Shown here: piece by piece, positions 36,488 to 43,855 of the stretch
How positions within the stretch are numbered: position 1 is the first letter of the stretch
Layout of the letters: the number at the start of each line of letters is the position of its first letter
IMG/VR virus record: IMGVR_UViG_3300030382_003949
Span: 1 to 50,748 of that record
Strand: one strand, 5' to 3'
DNA from: a virus
Taxonomy: Duplodnaviria; Caudoviricetes
DNA length: 50,748 nt
Position numbers and translations under genes: made by a program
The notes under the pieces: generated by a model
Database searches by the model: none
What the model saw: the letters and a program-made list of their open reading frames with translations, nothing else
What the model was told of the DNA's origin: nothing

Positions 36488-37528
36488 TTATTTCATTTTC
36501 TTTGCCGTTTTGGCAAACTGTCTTGTATTCGTGATGCCTGAGTAGACAACCAAATTCTTTGTATTGACTGAACTCATATTCTTTGTTATTCTACGTGCAG
36601 TATTGTAAATGTGACTTGTCGCATGATCTGCCCCATATTCAGTGCAAAAATAATAAACTTTATTGTGAATGGTGTTTTTTAAGGAGATGCCGGCGGCATC
36701 ATAGTCGCTGAATATTACGACTACCCTGTTTCTGAACAAACTCCATTGAGAAACTCCGGCAAGTATGTCCTGCGGAGTCAAAAATCTTTCAAATCGTTTT
36801 TTTCTGAGACTCCATCGATGCACTATGTGACCATTGGGTGCATCATACATTTCAACGTCTCCATATTCGGCCGCAACTACGGCCATTTTGCTGTAAAAGT
36901 TCGAATAATCACTACATGAGGGACTGCTGTCCAAAAGCAGAACTATTCTGCGTTTTTCTCTCGACATGCGACATTTTAGTATGGATTCTCTACTGATCTT
37001 GCGGGACATTATCCTGTTGACGTCCCAAAAATCGTCGCCTTCAATCTCTCCTCCAACATTGTCCTCTGCAATTTTTGACATCACTCTTGCAAAATTTGCT
37101 GCAATTCTTCTGTCTCTCACCGATTTCAGGTCGTATTTGCCGGGCATTGCCGGGTTCATGTTTATGCGAGACATTCCGTATGCCTCGTCGAATTTGTGTA
37201 CTTTATTCGCCACATCTCTATTCTGCATGTCAAGTCCGGCTAAAGAATAGGCTCCACTATAAACTGCTTCAACGGATCGAAAAGACGATTTATTGTTGTT
37301 ACTGAATTTTTTTGCAATTTTTGAAATATTGTTGTGAAACTTGCTCAAGCCGGGGAGCTTGATGCCCCCCGACTTGTTTTTCACTACATTAGAAATAGGC
37401 GTGATCTTCGTATTGGTTTTCTTTTTGCACGATATCACCTTCGCCGAGTTGATTTCTGATTTTATCTCGGGCGACGAAAAATCACGCCATCCAAAATTAA
37501 GAGTCTTGTGACTTGAATGCTTTTTCAA
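36488..37528 (-). CDS. VWA (MIDAS) domain-like protein (346 aa)
   Basis: RIVLLLDSSPSC (DxSxS) and VVVIFSD; overlaps the end of the AAA+ gene. Confidence 0.7.
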   Translation of the reverse strand: MKKHSSHKTLNFGWRDFSSPEIKSEINSAKVISCKKKTNTKITPISNVVKNKSGGIKLPGLSKFHNNISKIAKKFSNNNKSSFRSVEAVYSGAYSLAGLDMQNRDVANKVHKFDEAYGMSRINMNPAMPGKYDLKSVRDRRIAANFARVMSKIAEDNVGGEIEGDDFWDVNRIMSRKISRESILKCRMSREKRRIVLLLDSSPSCSDYSNFYSKMAVVAAEYGDVEMYDAPNGHIVHRWSLRKKRFERFLTPQDILAGVSQWSLFRNRVVVIFSDYDAAGISLKNTIHNKVYYFCTEYGADHATSHIYNTARRITKNMSSVNTKNLVVYSGITNTRQFAKTAKKMK

Positions 37529-39608
37529 GTGATTCTATCCTCTTTATCTTTGATTTCATAGATAGTGAAAGTGATGACGAGCTCAACTGTTCATCGCTTC
37601 TGAGAAATGCCGCAAACATTACGTGATCATACGATATTCTGGCATAAATGCCGTTTCGCACGAACACTTTGCTGTTCTTACTATTTACTTTCCATCCGCA
37701 TTTCTGAAGTTTGTCGCTTATGTCGCCACAGTGTTTGAAGCATCTGTACACCGGTATGGGATTGCGAAACCATCCCACTATCGTTTTCATCACCAATCCG
37801 TTTACGGCTCCGTCGATTTTCAAAAACGCAGCATATGGGCTGGTTCCATTGTAATCGTAGAACCTGAGACGCATGTTTGTAGCCGTAATCAACAGCCCGT
37901 CTTCTACACTCTTTGATTTTGCAACAGTGTGACCATTCAACAGGCTTTCCATGCCTTCGAAATCAACGTAGTTACAGTGCTCCAAAGGCTTCATCATCCG
38001 ACAAAATCCTTCATGATTTTCCATGCTTTTCAACAAACTGTTGCCTAAACTGTATGTTCCTGAAGCAACATTGGAAAAAATGTCGCACACGGCAACATTC
38101 GAAGATTTGTCTGATCCGATGTTTAGAAGAAAATCACCTGAAGCATCGTCGAGAGTGTACGAATAAACGAGGTTTTCGTTTTTGTTCATCTTAAAAAGAG
38201 ATGCCATTTGCTGCGGAGTGAGTCCTATGGGAGCGACTATTTCCAAACCGCTTTCTTCCCTGTATCTCAAATCGGCATAATTTCCGTTTCTTCCGACATG
38301 CCTTCTGGCAATTAATTCGTGCTTGTCTCTTTTGTGAACGTACCACTTCCCGGCAATCATTCTGTTGATCTCTTTGCGAGTGACATATTTGTCGGAGATT
38401 TTTATTTCTCCGTCGCAGTCCTCGAATTCTCCACTTTTCAGAAGAACTGCAATATCGGTAGACGCAAAATCTTCAAGTAGAAAATTATAGTGCTCCGTTA
38501 TTACTCCCCATTCCGAAAAGGCTGGAGTTTCAGGGTCTTCGCTGTCAAGATGACTACGCATGACTATGCTGTCGGCCTGTGAACTTCTCTTAATTACTGC
38601 AGAGGCATTCTCAGGCACTTCAACTGACTTCTTGAAAGACTCGTTGAACTGAAGCAGTTCGGTAAGTCTGGGCATTTCAGGATTTTTGGAGTTTCTTTTT
38701 TTGATTACTTCATCAACTCCATATCCTTCGGCATCTATTTTTGCCGCTCGCCTGACATCGACTCCTTCAACCTGTCGCTGATTGCTCAGCATTTCATGGT
38801 TTTCTGGCGTTTTAGTGACATACTGATACACCAAATCGTTCCAATCGGCATTGCTCCCCAAAGTAGTGATGGCATCCATCAACTGCCGGAGTTCCTGTAT
38901 TGTTGCAGGTTTCGGCATTGCTGCCGCCACACTACGCAAATACAAATCCAGCATCTGAGGAAGATAGCTGTGATTGGAATGAGTGATATTCAAGGCCTTC
39001 ACTACATCCGATGCCGACATCGGGTCTACATGAATCATCGGAAAGCGTCTCAAGAGAGCTTCGTGAAATTCGCGTTCGTCGTTGGCGGTTATGAAGATGG
39101 TGAGATTATCCATTTCGGCATATACCTCTCCTCCTTCGACACCGGGGATCGAAAGCCTTCCATATTGCAGAAAATCCAAAAAGAAACCATCGACGCTCGG
39201 TCTGGTTTTATCCCATTCGTCGAGCATCAATATTACTGGCTTCTTTCGTGATTCACAGGCAGCACGAAACAATTTGCCCTTTGATACCTTGACGCCGGAG
39301 GTAGTATTCTCCGACGGCATGAGTTTCACGAGCAAATCTTCTTCGCGAGTGCCTTGAGTGCATTGGTGTACGTACAGAGGCCGATTCAACACTTGAGCAA
39401 GTATTTGAGGCAAATAGGACTTTCCAGTCCCTGCCATTCCATAAAGAAACGCCCCGCCCATCGGCTTACTGTTTATTGAAGTCAGAACTTTTGCCGCAAA
39501 CTCTTCACTGCAGATATAACCTCTGTCGTTGAGCCTTTGGTGTAGTTCTGGGACTTCAAGCGTCCAGTTGGGCATTTCCCGAGGATCGGTACTTTGCTTG
39601 TTCGGCAT
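37497..39608 (-). CDS. MoxR-like AAA+ ATPase with a long C-terminal extension (703 aa)
   Basis: Walker A GMAGTGKS, Walker B ILMLDEWDK, sensor-1 ITAND, Arg finger EALLRRF. Confidence 0.88.
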   Translation of the reverse strand: MPNKQSTDPREMPNWTLEVPELHQRLNDRGYICSEEFAAKVLTSINSKPMGGAFLYGMAGTGKSYLPQILAQVLNRPLYVHQCTQGTREEDLLVKLMPSENTTSGVKVSKGKLFRAACESRKKPVILMLDEWDKTRPSVDGFFLDFLQYGRLSIPGVEGGEVYAEMDNLTIFITANDEREFHEALLRRFPMIHVDPMSASDVVKALNITHSNHSYLPQMLDLYLRSVAAAMPKPATIQELRQLMDAITTLGSNADWNDLVYQYVTKTPENHEMLSNQRQVEGVDVRRAAKIDAEGYGVDEVIKKRNSKNPEMPRLTELLQFNESFKKSVEVPENASAVIKRSSQADSIVMRSHLDSEDPETPAFSEWGVITEHYNFLLEDFASTDIAVLLKSGEFEDCDGEIKISDKYVTRKEINRMIAGKWYVHKRDKHELIARRHVGRNGNYADLRYREESGLEIVAPIGLTPQQMASLFKMNKNENLVYSYTLDDASGDFLLNIGSDKSSNVAVCDIFSNVASGTYSLGNSLLKSMENHEGFCRMMKPLEHCNYVDFEGMESLLNGHTVAKSKSVEDGLLITATNMRLRFYDYNGTSPYAAFLKIDGAVNGLVMKTIVGWFRNPIPVYRCFKHCGDISDKLQKCGWKVNSKNSKVFVRNGIYARISYDHVMFAAFLRSDEQLSSSSLSLSMKSKIKRIESLEKAFKSQDS

Positions 39609-39630
39609 GTTTCACTTCCTTTTTTTTAAC

Positions 39631-39778
39631 GTGCCGACCCCAACGCTCCGTTGGTTTCATACCTCCAATTCCACGAATCGGCACTAAAGTCTAAATCTTT
39701 AGGGATTGAAACGAAGGCTGGTGCGGATAGTTACAACGCCAAGTCATGCTTGACATGCACGTGCCACCGATACCAGCC
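39631..39778 (-). promoter_or_regulatory. Two GC-clamped stems upstream of the AAA+ gene
   Basis: GTGCCGA/TCGGCAC (39631-39684) and GGCTGGT/ACCAGCC (39716-39778). Confidence 0.45.
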
Positions 39779-39793
39779 CAAGTTTCATTTGCA

Positions 39794-39991
39794 CTACGTC
39801 TTGAATCTAGCTCCATAAAGGTCTTTAAGGTTTTTCAGGTGCTCCAATCGTTTTGCAGCTGATCCATTCGGCTTTATTTTGCCTTTTGCCTTAAGACCCT
39901 CGTAAACGAGTATCAACTCGCGTAGAGTTATTGACGATGTCGTACTTTTCACTTTTGCCGGTTTATCCGACTTATTTGATGAAAGCGTCAT
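39794..39991 (-). CDS. Hypothetical basic protein (65 aa)
   Basis: SD AAGGAGG; ATGA overlap. Confidence 0.65.
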   Translation of the reverse strand: MTLSSNKSDKPAKVKSTTSSITLRELILVYEGLKAKGKIKPNGSAAKRLEHLKNLKDLYGARFKT

Positions 39992-40206
39992 TTCGCCTCC
40001 TTTTTTTCTGAAAACAGCATGTCTCTGGTTTTCTCCGCCGACTTATGTATGGCATCCATCATTTCATCGACACTGTCCATAACTTCAAGCATTCTCACCA
40101 TGTCTTCATGACTCGACATGCCAGTCATGGCATCAACCAGCTCTCCGATTGCATCGGAAACTCCAACCCAACTGTTTATCAGCTTTGTTCTTTGTTCTTT
40201 GTTCAT
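39988..40206 (-). CDS. Hypothetical helical protein (72 aa)
   Basis: Packed early ORF. Confidence 0.65.
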   Translation of the reverse strand: MNKEQRTKLINSWVGVSDAIGELVDAMTGMSSHEDMVRMLEVMDSVDEMMDAIHKSAEKTRDMLFSEKKEAK

Positions 40207-40220
40207 GTTGCTTTTCCCTA

Positions 40221-40328
40221 TTAAATAATTGCCCTGATTATCTGAAAGAATATATTCAGCATACAGAAAATCACGAACAGATAAAAAGCTTCGTCGCTAG
40301 ACAGAAATTTAATTATCTTGTCTACCAT
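40221..40328 (-). CDS. Small membrane peptide (35 aa; shorter than the track call)
   Basis: MVDKIIKFLSSDEAFYLFVIFCMLNIFFQIIRAII; its start overlaps the stop of 40322-40453. Confidence 0.5.
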   Translation of the reverse strand: MVDKIIKFLSSDEAFYLFVIFCMLNIFFQIIRAII

Positions 40329-40453
40329 TTCAATGCTCTCTTCGCCATGCTCACCAACATTCCCCATACGAGAAGAGATAATGCCAGCACCAATGACGAT
40401 ATGCTGATGAAGAACAGGTTTGCCACCCATTCCCAAACATCTAAAAATATCAT
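40322..40453 (-). CDS. Small membrane protein (43 aa, not in the ORF track)
   Basis: SD AAGGAG; MIFLDVWEWVANLFFISISSLVLALSLLVWGMLVSMAKRALKW. Confidence 0.65.
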   Translation of the reverse strand: MIFLDVWEWVANLFFISISSLVLALSLLVWGMLVSMAKRALKW

Positions 40454-40592
40454 TTTGTGCTCCTTTTTTTACCTGTGTTGTAAAATATTGCGTAAAGTTG
40501 AGATTTTCTCATCTTCATAAATCTTGAAGGCGTAAGATTAAATCTTTTGGATGCCCATTGAACGAGCTCTTTCTTATTGGAGTAAGGACATC

Positions 40593-41048
40593 TCATCTGC
40601 CCAACAACTTGCGTATCTCCGACTTATACTTCGCTTCATCAATAGTTCCAGCATCATAATAATTGAACAATCGCTTCATTTGTTCGTATTTCCACTCCTT
40701 CTCGCTCTTCTCAAAGGTTACGAGTTTGTTTGGAACATAACGCATACCCTTCGGCATGCCTTTATATACATCTTTAAATTTTGGTTGCTCCATATTCAGA
40801 GTCACTGCGTCATTCGACCTGTAATTGGTTATCAATACGGGCAATCCCTTTTCAACGCCTTCTTCATCCAAATACATGGGTTTATAGCGTCTGAAAAATT
40901 CATTTACAAATGCCTTTTGATCTCTTGCAGGTATGTGAATCACATGCTCCACTCCAAGGCAACTAAATCTTATTTTATTTCTTTTTTCTATTGCAACAGT
41001 CATGAGAGTGTCATAACATTTGGTGTCTTTTATTTTATCTGACATCAT
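40593..41048 (-). CDS. Hypothetical early protein (151 aa), possible C-terminal SHOCT-like helix pair
   Basis: MKRLFNYYDAGTIDEAKYKSEIRKLL resembles a SHOCT motif. Confidence 0.65.
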   Translation of the reverse strand: MMSDKIKDTKCYDTLMTVAIEKRNKIRFSCLGVEHVIHIPARDQKAFVNEFFRRYKPMYLDEEGVEKGLPVLITNYRSNDAVTLNMEQPKFKDVYKGMPKGMRYVPNKLVTFEKSEKEWKYEQMKRLFNYYDAGTIDEAKYKSEIRKLLGR

Positions 41049-41067
41049 TAAATCTTTTATTGTTGTA

Positions 41068-41280
41068 TTATTCGTTTATTTGTTCTAAAAACCACTCTAA
41101 ACCAATGACTATTTCGAAGAGGTCTTTCTGAGACTCCTCTACAAAATCACATTTGAAACATGTTAAAACATTGATTGTTTCATTTATTTGTTTTGTTATT
41201 TTATTTATATCATCGTTTTTAAACACAGTTTGAGTCTGTGAAGTCTCAAAAGGTGTTTTTTCTTTTGTTGTTAGTGTCAT
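41068..41280 (-). CDS. Early hypothetical protein, acidic and alanine-free (70 aa)
   Basis: ORF track; no Ala. Confidence 0.65.
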   Translation of the reverse strand: MTLTTKEKTPFETSQTQTVFKNDDINKITKQINETINVLTCFKCDFVEESQKDLFEIVIGLEWFLEQINE

Positions 41281-41319
41281 TTGGTGTCTCTTTTGTTGTT
41301 GTTTAAATCTTTGGTGTTT

Positions 41320-41535
41320 TTAAAATTTTAAACGACTGATTACATCGAGTGTCGTTATTACTTCTTTGAGTTCGTTTTTAATTGGTTGGATGTTTTCATC
41401 ATCTTCAAACCAAGAAACAATGAATTCATAAACATTGTCAAGTGTTTCCTTATTGTCTTTTATAATCTCGGTGACATCTAAACAATTTCCATCACATTCA
41501 TTATTATTTGGACAATATTTTATTTTTGTTGTCAT
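41320..41535 (-). CDS. Early hypothetical protein, acidic and alanine-free (71 aa)
   Basis: SD TAAGGA; N-terminal Cys cluster; no Ala. Confidence 0.65.
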   Translation of the reverse strand: MTTKIKYCPNNNECDGNCLDVTEIIKDNKETLDNVYEFIVSWFEDDENIQPIKNELKEVITTLDVISRLKF

Positions 41536-41585
41536 ATTTCCTTACCTGTGTTGGTGTTTACTGTGTGTGTTAGGATTAACTGTTT

Positions 41586-41619
41586 AAAAGAGGGGATATC
41601 TACTATGACATCCCCTCTT
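41586..41619 (-). terminator. Rho-independent terminator after the first leftward gene
   Basis: On the - strand, AAGAGGGGAUGUC-AUAGUA-GAUAUCCCCUCUU-UU lies just downstream of the stop at 41632. Confidence 0.7.
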
Positions 41620-41631
41620 CAATGGTATGTG

Positions 41632-42099
41632 TTATTTAGGTTTGTATGTCGTTTTCATGACAACTCTACCTTCTGGTGTCTTGATGTACTCACGAAAGAA
41701 AACATGAGGTTTGTACATCTTTCCAGACTTACCGATAAAAACATCATTCTCGTTACTATTCTCGTTAATGATCGTCATTATTTTCGTTTTGGTGTCGTTC
41801 ATAATGTCGGAATAGTCCTCCATGTTCCGATTCCCAATACCTTCTGATGAAGGTGGTCTTTGGTTCATGAGTCCGAGTGTCTTAACCTTGACTCTGACCA
41901 TCTCGACATTATATGTCTTGGTCTTCTGGTCGAAACATTCGTAGAGGTGTGTTTTCCAGTTCTTACCACCGATATTGATAAGGTTCTTATTGTTGACAGA
42001 ATCAACAAACCAATCCAATATGGTGATGTTTGAGGGTAGAGGAGGTAGTGAATCCAACACCGACACCGGTGAAGGTGTCGTTTGAGTATCTTTACCCAT
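41632..42099 (-). CDS. First gene of the leftward arm, hypothetical and alanine-free (155 aa)
   Basis: SD AAGGAG, with its own promoter and terminator; no Ala in 155 aa. Confidence 0.75.
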   Translation of the reverse strand: MGKDTQTTPSPVSVLDSLPPLPSNITILDWFVDSVNNKNLINIGGKNWKTHLYECFDQKTKTYNVEMVRVKVKTLGLMNQRPPSSEGIGNRNMEDYSDIMNDTKTKIMTIINENSNENDVFIGKSGKMYKPHVFFREYIKTPEGRVVMKTTYKPK

Positions 42100-42127
42100 G
42101 TTAGTTAATCTCCTTTTTCATGATCAG

Positions 42128-42156
42128 AAGTTACGATGATATAATTTAATAATCAA
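42128..42156 (-). promoter_or_regulatory. Sigma70-type early promoter (leftward)
   Basis: On the - strand, TTGATT-17 nt-TAACTT, with AT-rich upstream sequence. Confidence 0.6.
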
Positions 42157-42273
42157 TAAACCATTGGTAGACTATATTTATTGAGTCCATCAATAAAAAA
42201 TCTTAGATTACATATAGCCTACATTATGTATAATTAATTTTAACCCAAAACTTTAATCTCAATAAGAAAACAA

Positions 42274-42306
42274 CCGGGATGGGGGCGGGGTAAAAGAAGG
42301 CCCCAC
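42274..42306. other. G-tract element at the arm-divergence point; candidate packaging/terminus signal
   Basis: CCGGGATGGGGGCGGGGTAAAAGAAGGCCCCAC in otherwise very AT-rich non-coding DNA. Confidence 0.4.
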
Positions 42307-42364
42307 ATTGTAAGCCTATTTTTCCAATTTCCACACGTTTTAAGTTATTTCTTTAATTACTTTA

Positions 42365-42430
42365 GCTTTGCTATAGCTATGGCTATGGCTATGCTATGGC
42401 TATTGCTATGCTATATATATATATATAATA
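42365..42430. repeat. Array of GCTAT(G/A/T) repeats followed by (TA)n
   Basis: GCTTTGCTATAGCTATGGCTATGGCTATGCTATGGCTATTGCTATGCTATATATATATATATAATA contains 8 GCTAT units. Confidence 0.85.
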
Positions 42431-42528
42431 GGGAATCTTTATGTTTTTAACGGGAATCGGGATTGTTCTTGTTTTTATGGTTAGATTCTTCTTATATTGA
42501 CGTCCAATAAAACTGGAGTCTTGAAATA

Positions 42529-42624
42529 ATGAAAAAGAGTAGGAAATCCAATAAATTGTTCAAATCGGTGCTGAAGGCTTTGAAAAAGCCAGTGAAATTG
42601 CCGTTTAAGTTTAAGAAATGGTAG
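42529..42624 (+). CDS. Cationic 31-aa peptide (not in the ORF track)
   Basis: SD GGAG near 42515; MKKSRKSNKLFKSVLKALKKPVKLPFKFKKW. Confidence 0.5.
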   Translation: MKKSRKSNKLFKSVLKALKKPVKLPFKFKKW

Positions 42625-42836
42625 TGCCTCTGCCGATGACTTCCCTTATTTCTTCAGCAAGGAAACACTGTGCAAACTGGAATGACGGCGACTGCCTTGG
42701 TTGTATGATAAAAGTGTCCGATAAATCCATAATTTTTAGGGTTTCAGGCAGATTTGCAGGATTTCCGTGTCAAGTGTGCGACAAATGCGACTATTTCGAC
42801 AGAATAGTGGTGCCGGGTATCAAAAATGAAGCTTGA
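42618..42836 (+). CDS. Cys-rich hypothetical protein (about 72 aa)
   Basis: HCANW...CLGC...PCQVCDKCDYF. Confidence 0.6.
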   Translation: MVVPLPMTSLISSARKHCANWNDGDCLGCMIKVSDKSIIFRVSGRFAGFPCQVCDKCDYFDRIVVPGIKNEA

Positions 42837-43023
42837 TAGTCTTGATTTGGTGGATACCATAGGCAGACTGCGTGAGATATGTAGAAAACTTAACGTTTCC
42901 AAGATTATCGATGGTAATGCAGATCAGATAGAGATGATTGTGGAAATAAAGGAGAGAGTGATGTCCCTTGAAGTGGAAAGAGTGGATATGGGAAACGTCG
43001 ATCTTATGGAATACAGGGCCTGA
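42826..43023 (+). CDS. Hypothetical protein (65 aa)
   Basis: Packed ORF. Confidence 0.6.
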   Translation: MKLDSLDLVDTIGRLREICRKLNVSKIIDGNADQIEMIVEIKERVMSLEVERVDMGNVDLMEYRA

Positions 43024-43024
43024 T

Positions 43025-43840
43025 ATGGGCAAGAAAAAGATTCACAAAAGGGCCGTAATAGTTCCGGACATACATTTCCCATTGCAGGACGATCCTGCCG
43101 TGGAAGTTGTGTTGAAGTCCATAAAAATGGTAAAGCCGAATATATTCGTGTGTCTTGGAGACCTTGGCGAATGGAAAAGTGTTTCTCCTTTCAAATACAA
43201 GCGCCGTAAGAGGCCTCCTCTTGAATACGTGATAGAAGACCTTCAAAAGGAAATCGATGCCGTTGAAAAAGGGCTGGACAGGTTTGATAAGGTATTGAAA
43301 TCGGTGAAATGCTCGGAAATGCACATGATTGAGGGCAATCACGATAATTGGTTGAATTTCTTTGTGGAGGAATATCCCTATCTAAAGAAGTTCAGATTCG
43401 AAAATGCCATGCATTTGGCAGAAAGGGGATATAAATACCATCCTTACGGCAAATATTTGAAAATAGGAAAATTGTATTTTTATCACGGAGGTCATTATAC
43501 GACCACGTATCATACGAAACAACATGCCGAGAAACTCGGTAAGAACGTGGTGTATGGACATATGCACGACGTTCAGAGACATGGCGTTACTCACGTCGAT
43601 GGAGCCCATCATGGATTCTCATTGGGATGTCTTAAGGACATGAAGAGAGAAGCCAACCTGTGGCTTAGAGGCAGAATGCATAATTGGGCACATGCCTTTG
43701 CCATAGTCGATTGGTTCGAAGACGGAAACTTCAGAATAGACGTGATAGACATACATAAAGGAAAAACTTACGTATGGGGAAAACTCATAGACGGAAATGC
43801 AGCATCCGGAGGGGTGGCAAGGGCGAAGAGAAGTCATTAG
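43025..43840 (+). CDS. Calcineurin-like metallophosphoesterase (start corrected to ATG 43025)
   Basis: DIH, LGD, GNHD, HG and GHxH motifs in canonical order. Confidence 0.9.
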   Translation: MGKKKIHKRAVIVPDIHFPLQDDPAVEVVLKSIKMVKPNIFVCLGDLGEWKSVSPFKYKRRKRPPLEYVIEDLQKEIDAVEKGLDRFDKVLKSVKCSEMHMIEGNHDNWLNFFVEEYPYLKKFRFENAMHLAERGYKYHPYGKYLKIGKLYFYHGGHYTTTYHTKQHAEKLGKNVVYGHMHDVQRHGVTHVDGAHHGFSLGCLKDMKREANLWLRGRMHNWAHAFAIVDWFEDGNFRIDVIDIHKGKTYVWGKLIDGNAASGGVARAKRSH

Positions 43841-43855
43841 GTTGGGAGTGATGCT

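Larger units (their letters stand above)
40995..42216. other. GpC-free segment
   Basis: Line-by-line inspection found no GC dinucleotide between those at 40993-40994 and 42217-42218. Confidence 0.9.

Noticed and set aside
39716-39780. tRNA-like element (7-bp closing stem followed by CCA-like bases)
   Set aside because: No T-loop GTTC motif, D-arm or anticodon arm in either orientation.
40995-42216. Explaining the alanine-free proteins by genetic-code change or amino-acid-level selection
   Set aside because: GpC is also missing from non-Ala codon positions, codon junctions and intergenic DNA, and other genes read normally in the standard code.
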